Shown: positions 1 through 8,753, counted from the stretch's first letter. The stretch is DNA of 64,000 bases from an uncultured Lachnospiraceae bacterium (GCA_947631505.1 CANRLR010000011.1:12063-76062), one strand, 5' to 3'. Notes: generated from the letters alone by a model not told the origin. Numbers and translations are program-made.

Positions 1-2456
1 AGTTTTCCATTGATAAAATAATTTTCACAATCCTCTACATAATACAGCTCACCAATCTGGTCATTCCATTTAAGCTGCACCTTATCGCTTATCTGATAGA
101 TAAAATGGCTCATTTCTGCACGAATTACAGACAGTTCATACTGTTTTTTACTATAATCAATTTCTAAATTCTGCAATATTGATTTATACCTTTCCCATAC
201 CTGTGAGCCTTCCAGTTCGCTTCCATCTTCTTTCTGAATAGTCCGGTTAAAAAACACATCTACTCCATATGGATTAAAATCAATTAATTTCATATGCTTT
301 GCAATGTCCGGATGTTCCAGACAGGCTACCGTCTTCTTATAAAAGTCATCTATATTTTCTTTCGTATATTGCTGGTTGCAGCTTCGGATTGTTTCAATAA
401 TCCGGTCATAGTATTCTCCGAAATCTTTTGTATTTAAAATCTCTTGCATATGTTTGGATGGAAGTCGAATTTCTTCACTGATCCGATAATCATTTTTATA
501 TATTTTCTGAGGTTTATCATAGTCAAAAAAGTAAGCAATGCCGCTCCGTTTACTAGAACGGTTGATTCTTCCCAAAAATTGTTCCTCACTGTCTAATATT
601 GAGATGTCCTTATAGCCAATATCCATATCAATATCCACGCCAGCCTCCACTACCTGAGTTGCTATCAGTATGCAAGGTTCCGCTTCCTTTTTTACTTCTT
701 GCAAAATACAGTTTCTTTCATACATATTATCATCACCTGTCAGCAGATAGACCGGAACAGAAATCTTTCCGTTCTCCTTTTCCCTGATAACTTCCTTATA
801 AAATAATCTGGCAGTCTTTTTTTTGATAAATTCTACTACTATCTTTTTATTAACTTCGCTCTTTGCAATCAATTCTTCCAGCACGCAGTCTAAAAGATTA
901 TCCGGCTTTTCTTCCAGCAAATGAAAATCCAGCACTACCCGTTCTCGAAATAAGAAATGATGAAAATAATGATTTCTATCTTTTATCAAATGAACGGGTT
1001 CTTCTATACCCTCAGAAAGTTTATTCAGATCTGGCAGCGTTGCTGACATCAGAATAATTTTCAAATTCAGAACATCCGCAAACACATGGAAAAATTCTAT
1101 TATTTCCGTCCAGATCTGATTATTCAGATTCTGTACCTCATCCAACACAATTACGCTGTTCATCAACTGATGGAAGCCAAATATTTTTTCCTGTTTTTCC
1201 GAAAACATAGTATCAAAGAGACTGACACTGGTCGTCAGGATAAAAGGATAATTAAGGAACTGCCGGTTTAACAGTCCTTTTTCATAAAGATGCTGATTAT
1301 CCTCTTCTTTTATTTTTTCTTTTTTCCCGGGCAGCTTCATCGGAGTAATGGAATTTATCACGGCTATCTGCTCCATCAATTTCTCTTCTTTTCCGAATGC
1401 GTCGGTTAATGTCTGAATATTTTGTTCCACCAGTGTATTGAACGGATATACATAATAAATTTTCTGCAGACCGCATTTCTCCGATAACAGAAAACTAAGA
1501 TTCATGGCAGTATTACTCTTCCCACTGCCGGTAGGTGCCTCTAGATAAAAAACAGGCTTCTTGTAATTCTCTTTAAGGACTTCTTCTGTTTCCCAGAACA
1601 TCTCATTTCTTAACTGATTGATATCTTCTTCTCCCTTTTTGCCTTTTCCTGCTTTAATTTTCCGGTACAGTTTTCCGCCTTTATATGCCTTGAGAAAATC
1701 CTTTATGCTGCCCAGCTCTCCAAACTCTTCTATCTGCACTCCAGACATAAATTCCGAAGTAGCATAATAATCCGAAGCAACTAACAAAGAATACAATAAT
1801 CTTTCATAGCAGTACAGATACCGTGATTCCTGTTTCTGAATTTTCCCACTCTGTACCCAACGTTTTTCCTTTATAACTTCCTTTTCTAATTCTCCAGATT
1901 CTAAATTGATTTTTCCCAGTCCCAGTATATCCTCTTCTAAAACCTCCACAATATCTCCCGCTCTGTCCCCTTCAAAGGAACTTAGAAAGTCAAGATAACA
2001 ATTAAAATCCGAATGATGCCGGGAAATCACATAGGCATTTACAAAAATCAGATGCCGAATTTTACACATAGCCGTTTTATCTCCTATGCCTTTTATTTGT
2101 GAAAGAAAGCAATCCAGATACAATATGGCAGAAAACAGCGAATGACCACTTCTCAAACTCTCTTTCGTCTCGCTATCCACATATATTCTCTGTCCCATTT
2201 TATCCCGCTGAAAAACCGGATTAATCTTTCCATAATCATGATAACGGGGTACACAAAAAAATATTTCTCTCAAAAGTAAAGGATGCTTTTCCTCTTCACC
2301 CTTCAAATAAACTTCCAAAAAACGGCTATATCCTCTTTCTATCTCCTTCTTTTGACATATTTTTTGAAAATATGCTTCTGTTTTCTCCGTATGTTCTTTT
2401 AATGTTTCCCGTTGCTCTTTCGTTCGATGAGCAAAGTTATTATCCCAATCAATCAT
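1..2456 (-). CDS. cas3: CRISPR-associated helicase/nuclease Cas3 (HD + SF2), 3' end beyond the window; absent from the ORF track
   Basis: Hand translation from ATG 2456 (RBS AGGAGG ~2461-2467): MIDWDNNFAHRTKEQRETLKEH...YHDYGKINP (HD), LEAPTGSGKSN (Walker A, ~1510-1545), VIVLDEVQN (DExx, ~1130-1160). The frame is still open at position 3; not every codon between these motifs was checked. Confidence 0.93.
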   Translation of the reverse strand, partial: MIDWDNNFAHRTKEQRETLKEHTEKTEAYFQKICQKKEIERGYSRFLEVYLKGEEEKHPLLLREIFFCVPRYHDYGKINPVFQRDKMGQRIYVDSETKESLRSGHSLFSAILYLDCFLSQIKGIGDKTAMCKIRHLIFVNAYVISRHHSDFNCYLDFLSSFEGDRAGDIVEVLEEDILGLGKINLESGELEKEVIKEKRWVQSGKIQKQESRYLYCYERLLYSLLVASDYYATSEFMSGVQIEEFGELGSIKDFLKAYKGGKLYRKIKAGKGKKGEEDINQLRNEMFWETEEVLKENYKKPVFYLEAPTGSGKSNTAMNLSFLLSEKCGLQKIYYVYPFNTLVEQNIQTLTDAFGKEEKLMEQIAVINSITPMKLPGKKEKIKEEDNQHLYEKGLLNRQFLNYPFILTTSVSLFDTMFSEKQEKIFGFHQLMNSVIVLDEVQNLNNQIWTEIIEFFHVFADVLNLKIILMSATLPDLNKLSEGIEEPVHLIKDRNHYFHHFLFRERVVLDFHLLEEKPDNLLDCVLEELIAKSEVNKKIVVEFIKKKTARLFYKEVIREKENGKISVPVYLLTGDDNMYERNCILQEVKKEAEPCILIATQVVEAGVDIDMDIGYKDISILDSEEQFLGRINRSSKRSGIAYFFDYDKPQKIYKNDYRISEEIRLPSKHMQEILNTKDFGEYYDRIIETIRSCNQQYTKENIDDFYKKTVACLEHPDIAKHMKLIDFNPYGVDVFFNRTIQKEDGSELEGSQVWERYKSILQNLEIDYSKKQYELSVIRAEMSHFIYQISDKVQLKWNDQIGELYYVEDCENYFINGK

Positions 2457-2472
2457 ATTCTCCTCCTGAGCT

Positions 2473-2507
2473 TACAGCCGGAGGGAACGTCATTCCATCC
2501 GGCTGTA
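2473..2507. other. Strong inverted repeat between cas5 and cas3
   Basis: TACAGCCGGA (2473-2482) / TCCGGCTGTA (2498-2507) with an inner GGAA/TTCC pair and no U-tract. Confidence 0.8.
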
Positions 2508-2530
2508 TCATTCTTACTGTATCGGTTATA

Positions 2531-3259
2531 CTATTTTTCTGCATCCTCCGGCTGCAGTATGGCAATTGCCTTGTCTTCAATCCGCAGTACCATCCCCTCA
2601 TAATTCGCCAATTCCGAATCTGTCTGAACCATTTTCCTCAACTCATACATTCCATTTTCCATCAATCCCCACGGAAGATTTTCTTCATAGTAAAAAGAAC
2701 TTTCGCCCGGTTCCGCGAAAGAGGCTTTTTCCCTTTCAAAAAGGCTGTCGATGGACAGAACTGAAAGCATTCTCTCTCCTTCCACAATCCTGACGTCTGA
2801 GATATCTGCCGGATGCTCATTTTTCCCAAGATACGGTACATAGACACATTTTCGATTCAATAAATTTGAGGCAAGTTTTTCACTTATTTCATCCTCTGCT
2901 ATGACATATATATCCCATGATGGATGTTCCAGCCACTGTTCCTTTACAATCAAATTTCCCCCTTGTTCAAAAGACGCATAACCGACAGAATTGTTAAATA
3001 TCTGTATCTTTTTCCGGCAGATTCCATGCTTGGGCAATACTCCGATTTGCAAACCGTTTAGCACTTTATAATACTCTGGGAATGCGGTTTCGTTTTTCTT
3101 CTTCGTCCAGCCATATCCGGAAAGCCCAAGGACTGCACCAAACAGACCAAGCAATGCCGCCCTGTGAATGTTACCATATGTAAAATAGCAATCACTGTTT
3201 ACATCCGGGCGCTTAAAAAATGCTGTCACGCCACTTAAATGAAAGGTAAGTATTCTCAT
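2531..3259 (-). CDS. cas5: Type I-B Cas5 (Cas5b)
   Basis: N-terminal TAFFKRPDVN...YFTYGNIHRAALLGLFGAVLGLSGY and YLGKNEHPA; position between cas7 and cas3. Confidence 0.92.
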   Translation of the reverse strand: MRILTFHLSGVTAFFKRPDVNSDCYFTYGNIHRAALLGLFGAVLGLSGYGWTKKKNETAFPEYYKVLNGLQIGVLPKHGICRKKIQIFNNSVGYASFEQGGNLIVKEQWLEHPSWDIYVIAEDEISEKLASNLLNRKCVYVPYLGKNEHPADISDVRIVEGERMLSVLSIDSLFEREKASFAEPGESSFYYEENLPWGLMENGMYELRKMVQTDSELANYEGMVLRIEDKAIAILQPEDAEK

Positions 3260-3262
3260 GGG

Positions 3263-4192
3263 CTACACCTCTTTGCCAGTAAATATATGAAACATGTCCG
3301 CATTTTCTACATCTGTAGTCAATACGGTTTTTGCCGGATTATAATAAATTTCTATTTTCTTTATTTTATCCGATAACTCATTTAAAATATTTCCGCAGTT
3401 CAGAGAAATCTCATTTTTTTCTTCTCCTTTTTGAAAGGTAATGTATTCGGATAAATTGGGAAGATACAAATCCATATCCGTTTCTACAAAAAGTGCAAAT
3501 TCATTCTCACATCCTTCCTTTGCATTGGTTGCATAGGCAGTGACCGCACACAATGCTGTCCTTTTAAAGATTTTGTAATCCTCTTCGGTATATCCTTCTG
3601 TCACTCCCATTTCAACGAATTCTTTATAGGCCATCGGATTAATGACAAAGGGATAAAAGTAGTGAGCTTCATTACTGACGATTTTGGTCCCCAAGGAAGA
3701 ATTTTTGGCATCCTCGTCTTTTGCATCTTTAAACGGTGACAATATCTGCTGTTCATCCGGACACGTCCCGTCATATTTATTAAACCCTTGTCCAAACTGG
3801 ACTGCCCCTGTTATCGAAATATTACTCTTTTCTTCTGCAAAAGTAGCACCAAAATTTTTTACGTCAATCGCACGAAACAGCTTCGTAAGAATATTTTTCA
3901 TATCCGATTCTTTCGATAGTTCTTCTCCAAATATGTACTCATATCTTTCTTTCAATGTTCTAGGGCTGAGCACGATAGACTTGTCCTTTTTGTTATTGGG
4001 GAACCACATTGATTTTATATATAAAACCGGTTTACCTTCCTCATCCCACATTTTTTTCATTGGATATTTTAAGGCTTTATCACTGCCATAGGTAATACCA
4101 TCTGACGTTGTCTTTGGATATCCTGTAAAGTCTGCATTCCAATTCGCCATTATTGACGATACACCGATTACTCCATATACTCTCTTATTCAT
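3263..4192 (-). CDS. cas7: Type I-B Cas7 (Csh2)
   Basis: MNKRVYGVIG...ANWNADFTGYPKT...GSDKALKYPMK, DVKNFGATFA, ITGAVQ. The start at 4192 overlaps the end of cas8. Confidence 0.92.
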   Translation of the reverse strand: MNKRVYGVIGVSSIMANWNADFTGYPKTTSDGITYGSDKALKYPMKKMWDEEGKPVLYIKSMWFPNNKKDKSIVLSPRTLKERYEYIFGEELSKESDMKNILTKLFRAIDVKNFGATFAEEKSNISITGAVQFGQGFNKYDGTCPDEQQILSPFKDAKDEDAKNSSLGTKIVSNEAHYFYPFVINPMAYKEFVEMGVTEGYTEEDYKIFKRTALCAVTAYATNAKEGCENEFALFVETDMDLYLPNLSEYITFQKGEEKNEISLNCGNILNELSDKIKKIEIYYNPAKTVLTTDVENADMFHIFTGKEV

Positions 4193-4577
4193 AATCTTTC
4201 TCCTCTCCATCTTTCTTGTAAATTAAATTGTTACTGCAAAACCCCGCCCACATCATATCCTGATTTACCTCGCACTCTTTGTTGTAACTACAAATCATCG
4301 CAAATAAATATTTTACCCGTTTCGAACCAATCAGCTGTATATCATAATCATATTTGACAAACAATCTCTGCAGCTTCTCTTTTATCGTTTTAACAGTTTT
4401 TGCTGCAATAAACGGATTTATCATCGACATTTTTTTATTGGCAGCTTTACTTCTTGAAAAGAGATAATACAAGAGTTGTCCCACCCCATAAAAAAACTCT
4501 TCTTCCGTTTCAAATTGCTCTTCCCCATTACCATTAATCTTCTGCTCAACTAACTGTCTGATTTCACTTATTTCCAT
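4185..4577 (-). CDS. cas11: Putative internally translated Cas11 small subunit (130 aa) within cas8b1
   Basis: In-frame ATG at 4577 preceded by AAGGAGG (4583-4589): ...AAATAAGGAGGGCGTT-ATG GAA ATA. Confidence 0.7.
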   Translation of the reverse strand: MEISEIRQLVEQKINGNGEEQFETEEEFFYGVGQLLYYLFSRSKAANKKMSMINPFIAAKTVKTIKEKLQRLFVKYDYDIQLIGSKRVKYLFAMICSYNKECEVNQDMMWAGFCSNNLIYKKDGEEKDYE

Positions 4578-5966
4578 AACGCCCTCCTTATTTCTCTTAA
4601 AATAGCTCTGTAATGACAACCGCATATTTAATCTTTGGGATACCAGATCCAGACTATTTTCCCGGACTGCACTTAAAACTGCTCTCTCCGATACCCGGTC
4701 CAAAATTTCCGGTAATCCATTCAGCTCACCTAAATGCATCCAGCGAAACATACTTTTTCTTGCTAATAAAATATTTTCTTTCAATGTGCTGTCCGTAGTT
4801 TTTAAATCCTTCGCCTCAGTAAATAAATTTTTCTGTAACCAGCCGGAAAACAGAACCGCATCCACTACTCCCGCCATCTGTTCCAGCTTGTGATAACGAC
4901 CATATTCTGCTTTCTGATACTTCTCACTCCGATTGATATAATCATGATAACGAAAAGGCGGCACTAACTTTATCGGATATCGGGAAACATAATCCACTTC
5001 CTGTATTTTTACTTCTTTTTCCTTTTGAAGGCGTAGATATATTCCATGAGTTTCCCTGTCTGGCAATTTACCATTTTGATATGAATCAATCTCATTCCTA
5101 ATACAATCGAAATAGACATTTACCTCTCCCATTGCAGCCAATGCCGTCAAATAATCAAATAATTTTTTCTGCCGCAGAACATCTTCTCTGGAAACCATGT
5201 ACGGAATCGTCTGCATCCGCGTTTTGTGCTCTAAATACACTTTTTTAGAATTTAATCCCATATTATTATTCGGCATTCCCCAAATGCACCCCTGATACAT
5301 CACATTATAATCATTGCTGTTAAAAATATTGGGATACAGATAGCGTAATCCTTCTGTTTCATACAACCGCTTTGTCTCTTCTTTCTTTTCACCCAAAACA
5401 AAAAAGATTTTAAGATAGTCTTTCCCCTCCGGCACAATTCCCTGTTCTGAAAGGGAAAAAATATGTTCCGTAATCCATTTTTGGCACTTCCCCAATAATC
5501 CGGCATTAACCGCTCCTAATTCCTCCTCGGCTGCCTCATATAATTCCCTCGTCTTCTTTTTTCCCTGATACTTCTGGGCTGGATTTAAAAGGACGCGATA
5601 ATACCCGTCAATAATCTCTTCTGTCAATTTCCCATTATCAATACTGTCTTTCTTAATGAAAAAAGACAGAAAATTATTGCTGTGAATTATTTTTTTACTA
5701 TCTATCGGCTTGTTCATGTCAATCAGTGAACTATAATAATCATAATATTGTATCGCCTGAAAGGACAATTGATTTCTTCCCTCCAGCTCTTTTGTACGCT
5801 TATTGTAATGTATCTCAACATCCTTTACCAGCACTTGTCCACTTTCTACATCTACTAAAATATAAGTTCCATCCTTTGGCACATACCGGTCAAGAACAAG
5901 ATCCCTGCCTTCCTCTCTTTTTTTTCTTTCAAAAGCCTCAAATACTTCCAAACAATCTTGAAGCAA
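4185..5966 (-). CDS. cas8b1: Type I-B large subunit Cas8b1 (Csh1)
   Basis: 593 aa, TTG start behind GGAGGTGA; YYDYYSSLIDMNKPID..KIIHSNNFLSFFIKK and C-terminal FFYGVGQLLYYL; lies between cas6 and cas7. Confidence 0.88.
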   Translation of the reverse strand: MLQDCLEVFEAFERKKREEGRDLVLDRYVPKDGTYILVDVESGQVLVKDVEIHYNKRTKELEGRNQLSFQAIQYYDYYSSLIDMNKPIDSKKIIHSNNFLSFFIKKDSIDNGKLTEEIIDGYYRVLLNPAQKYQGKKKTRELYEAAEEELGAVNAGLLGKCQKWITEHIFSLSEQGIVPEGKDYLKIFFVLGEKKEETKRLYETEGLRYLYPNIFNSNDYNVMYQGCIWGMPNNNMGLNSKKVYLEHKTRMQTIPYMVSREDVLRQKKLFDYLTALAAMGEVNVYFDCIRNEIDSYQNGKLPDRETHGIYLRLQKEKEVKIQEVDYVSRYPIKLVPPFRYHDYINRSEKYQKAEYGRYHKLEQMAGVVDAVLFSGWLQKNLFTEAKDLKTTDSTLKENILLARKSMFRWMHLGELNGLPEILDRVSERAVLSAVRENSLDLVSQRLNMRLSLQSYFKRNKEGVMEISEIRQLVEQKINGNGEEQFETEEEFFYGVGQLLYYLFSRSKAANKKMSMINPFIAAKTVKTIKEKLQRLFVKYDYDIQLIGSKRVKYLFAMICSYNKECEVNQDMMWAGFCSNNLIYKKDGEEKDYE

Positions 5967-5970
5967 ATTC

Positions 5971-6681
5971 TCACCTCCGATACCATTTACAGTTTACATA
6001 TCCGCTTCCCCGGGTATTATTGTTTCCCATCCCAACTCCAAGGGCAAGATATGCCAGTTTCTGACTTGTTTCATTTTCCGCTACATACAGATCAAATTTA
6101 TCCCCCAAAAGTTTAATTTCCTTATAGTTCGAGGCAATCGGGCCTTTATTCAAAAACTTTATCTCGCGGATAAAATCAAAATCTTCCTTCAACCTGCCTC
6201 CCATAAAATAGTTATATTTTTTAATCAGATTTTCTGTCAGATACCTCTGATACTCCTGAATTCCTACATGATCCCTCCAATATCCGCCACCTTCTGCCTT
6301 GACAATTACTGCAGTAATCGAATATAACTTCTCAATTAAATGTTCGGGAATAACTTTTACACAATTCGTAAGACATTTAAAATCAGCATTATATTCGTTC
6401 ACGAAACTTTCTTGAAAAAAATGTTTCAAGCCGACATCAATGGTCCGAATCGAAAAGGAATACACCTGTCCGCTCTTATATATTCCCTCCTTCTCCACCG
6501 GATACAGACAACTGAATGTATACGGCTTATACCCTTTCCCTTTATGCATTTCCAACAGTTCAGGCACTTTTCCCATTACCTCATCCATAAAGGAACATAA
6601 TTTTTCCTGCAGATTCTCCCAACGAATATCCCGCAGAAGAAAAACTTTCGTATCAATTTGAAAGACTTTTAAATCCTGCAT
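5971..6681 (-). CDS. cas6: CRISPR endoribonuclease Cas6
   Basis: C-terminal Gly-rich loop LGVGMGNNNTRGSGYV; YKPYTFS; first gene of the cas operon. Confidence 0.9.
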   Translation of the reverse strand: MQDLKVFQIDTKVFLLRDIRWENLQEKLCSFMDEVMGKVPELLEMHKGKGYKPYTFSCLYPVEKEGIYKSGQVYSFSIRTIDVGLKHFFQESFVNEYNADFKCLTNCVKVIPEHLIEKLYSITAVIVKAEGGGYWRDHVGIQEYQRYLTENLIKKYNYFMGGRLKEDFDFIREIKFLNKGPIASNYKEIKLLGDKFDLYVAENETSQKLAYLALGVGMGNNNTRGSGYVNCKWYRR

Positions 6682-6716
6682 GATTTCCTCCTTTCTTTCA
6701 TTTTAATGATAAGTCT

Positions 6717-6745
6717 AATATAACTAGCATCAAAGTAATTGTCAA
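6717..6745 (-). promoter_or_regulatory. Sigma-A promoter for the cas operon
   Basis: TTGACA (6745-6740), 17 nt, TATATT (6722-6717). Confidence 0.7.
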
Positions 6746-6751
6746 TGAGTT

Positions 6752-6973
6752 CTAATTCACCAAAAGAGGCAATTTTTCTATCCAATCCACAATTATTTCC
6801 CAAAAATCAAACTTCAAAATAACTCCCGCAATCACAGTTCCAACAATACTAATTAGCATTGAATTGTGTCCTATATCTTTTTCTTTACAATTAATGGCTT
6901 TAGACTTACCTACCGTTCCTTTTTTCTTCATCCCGTTGCACTTTACTATTTTTTTATTCAACAATTTCACCAT
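6752..6973 (-). CDS. Small basic protein with one C-terminal hydrophobic segment (hypothetical)
   Basis: 73-aa ORF with an RBS-like GAGAAGG, its own promoter, and segment MLISIVGTVIAGVILKFDFWEII. Confidence 0.55.
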   Translation of the reverse strand: MVKLLNKKIVKCNGMKKKGTVGKSKAINCKEKDIGHNSMLISIVGTVIAGVILKFDFWEIIVDWIEKLPLLVN

Positions 6974-6992
6974 CCTTCTCTTTTTTTAACTT

Positions 6993-7021
6993 AATATAAT
7001 ACATAAGTAAATATCTGTCAA
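6993..7021 (-). promoter_or_regulatory. Sigma-A promoter upstream of the 73-aa ORF
   Basis: TTGACA (7021-7016), 17 nt, TATATT (6998-6993). Confidence 0.65.
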
Positions 7022-7202
7022 TACTTTTTTTATTGTATATTGAATCGGTTTTTGCAAATATAAAAAGAAATATACACCCTGTGTTTCTATTCATTAACAA
7101 ACTTTTTTTATTTTATATGTTTCAATGTCTCTCAGACTGCTATTCATATTTTTGATTTTTTTATTGTACTACAACTCATAATTATATGCAAGTAAAAACA
7201 CT

Positions 7203-7218
7203 ACTATGCTATGAAAAT
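7203..7218 (+). repeat. Left copy of the flanking direct repeat (probable target-site duplication)
   Basis: ACTATGCTATGAAAAT, identical to 35939-35954. The core 14 bp is 7204-7217 if the element ends are TG...CA. Confidence 0.85.
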
Positions 7219-7374
7219 GAAAATGTCAACCTTTTTTTGTGATATTTTTCTAGTTCTTTACAATTTGTTACTTTTCACAATATAATTGTGACGTTTTTGT
7301 GCATTTTGGATATTTTTTGATACAACAAAAGAACTGCCTGTTCGCCAGTCGGAAAAACATATAGTTCGTATCTA

Positions 7375-8415
7375 CTATGTTACAAGTGCAAGTTCCTTTT
7401 GGAACTCCTGATTTGCAGTACGAAAGCCAAATAACTTTCTAGGATAATTATTCATCCAGTTCTCAACCGCCTTCACTTCCTCATCCGTCATGTGGTCAAA
7501 ATTACTTCCTTTGGGAACCTTCCGCCTGACAAGCCGATTCTGATTTTCATTTGTTCCTCGTTCCCACGATGAATACGCATGACAGTAATATACTTCTGTT
7601 CTGTTCCCACCATACACAGATTTCTCCATCTCTTCAGAAAAGGAGAATTCCGTTCCATTATCTACTGTAATACTTTTAAATACCTTTTTGAAATCATCTT
7701 TCCATAGTCTTTCCAATTCATCTAATTTCTTAACAACCTCACAAGCTGAATGATTCGGCAACTTAAATAGGATTTCTTTCCTAGTCTTCCGCTCGGTAAG
7801 AACAAGCAGCGAATTTTTACTTACACCACGTTTGCCAACAACCGTATCCATTTCCCAGTGCCCAAATTCTTTTCTGTTTTCAATTTTTTTAGGACGTTTA
7901 GCTATGCTTTTACCTGCACTTGCTCTTTTTTGCCTTTTAATATGTCTATAATTCCGTTTCTTCTTTCTTTTAACTGGTAAATCTTTATTGGATAATCGAA
8001 AGAAGATCCCTTTATCGATGTAACTATATAAAGTTGCTACACATATCTTTGTTTTGAATTCCTTTCCCTTTCCAGTTTTTTCTAATTCTCCCAAAACAGC
8101 AGATGGAGAGTAATCTTCTTCTACAATTTTCTTTTCCAAATATTCTGCATAATCATAATCATTAGAAATTTTTAAACCGGTTCCCCTCGTACTCACATTT
8201 TGTTGATATTTTTCTTCTGCCAAATCCGGAGAATATCGCCATTCTTCCGTATAGTCACTATTTCGGTGCAGGTACTTTCCTCTTTTTAGTTCATTCGTAA
8301 TAGTATTTGGATGACAATGCAAACATACTGCTATTTCACCCTTTTTCATTCCTTTTCGTAGTAGGTTTTCAAGTAAAAGCCTATCTTCATATCGTAAATG
8401 TCGATATCCTTTCAC
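7375..8415 (-). CDS. IS30-family DDE transposase (intact)
   Basis: N-terminal HTH (RHLRYEDR...HPNTITNELKR); GHWEMDTVVG, SITVDNGTEF, WERGTNENQNRLVRR catalytic motifs; GTG start. Confidence 0.93.
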   Translation of the reverse strand: MKGYRHLRYEDRLLLENLLRKGMKKGEIAVCLHCHPNTITNELKRGKYLHRNSDYTEEWRYSPDLAEEKYQQNVSTRGTGLKISNDYDYAEYLEKKIVEEDYSPSAVLGELEKTGKGKEFKTKICVATLYSYIDKGIFFRLSNKDLPVKRKKKRNYRHIKRQKRASAGKSIAKRPKKIENRKEFGHWEMDTVVGKRGVSKNSLLVLTERKTRKEILFKLPNHSACEVVKKLDELERLWKDDFKKVFKSITVDNGTEFSFSEEMEKSVYGGNRTEVYYCHAYSSWERGTNENQNRLVRRKVPKGSNFDHMTDEEVKAVENWMNNYPRKLFGFRTANQEFQKELALVT

Positions 8416-8490
8416 AACTGCTCCCCCTCATCATTGGTTATATTGTTAATTTCGCTTATTATTTAAAGAAATTAGAAAAGAACATCTTAC

Positions 8491-8667
8491 TTATTCTTTC
8501 TCCTCTGCTATTTTTTTTAATTTTTCTATTATTAATTTCTCTACATATTGGGGTGGTTTTCTCTTCCCTGTTTCCCAATTTTCAATGGTTCTTTTTGGAA
8601 TTTCAAACCTTTTTGACATTTCTAATTGTGTTAGTCCTGCTTGCGTTCTGTAATCTTTTATTGTCAT
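8491..8667 (-). CDS. Xre/Cro-like HTH transcriptional regulator (58 aa)
   Basis: MTIKDYRTQAGLTQLEMSKRFEIPKRTIENWETGKRKPP; RBS GGGGGA before ATG 8667. Confidence 0.88.
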   Translation of the reverse strand: MTIKDYRTQAGLTQLEMSKRFEIPKRTIENWETGKRKPPQYVEKLIIEKLKKIAEEKE

Positions 8668-8753
8668 TGTTTTATTCCCCCTTTTTATAATTATAGATTT
8701 TGACAATATTCATCTTTGCGGAATCTTCGTCCTTTTTTTCATCTTATGCACAC

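Noticed and set aside
6984-7012. Degenerate I-B repeat (CreTA/CreR-like mini-array) upstream of the cas operon
   Set aside because: TTTTAACTTAATATAATACATAAGTAAAT loosely resembles clostridial I-B repeats, but it is a single AT-rich copy overlapping a promoter and the cognate repeat is not in the window. Worth re-checking once the array is available.
7203-7218. The direct repeat as attL/attR of a site-specific integrase or a tRNA 3' end
   Set aside because: No Tyr or Ser recombinase or tRNA was recognised, and the split-promoter spacing fits abutted ends rather than a retained core. Not fully excluded without junction sequencing.
1-8415. CRISPR-associated transposon (I-B cas genes next to a transposase)
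   Set aside because: cas3 has HD and helicase motifs, there are no Tn7-like tnsABC/tniQ genes, and the direct repeat at 7203-7218 places the cas operon outside the element.
7300-8490. The transposase as an independent ~1.1-kb IS30 insertion
   Set aside because: I found no inverted-repeat pair or duplication closely flanking the gene, and the matching end features are 28 kb away.
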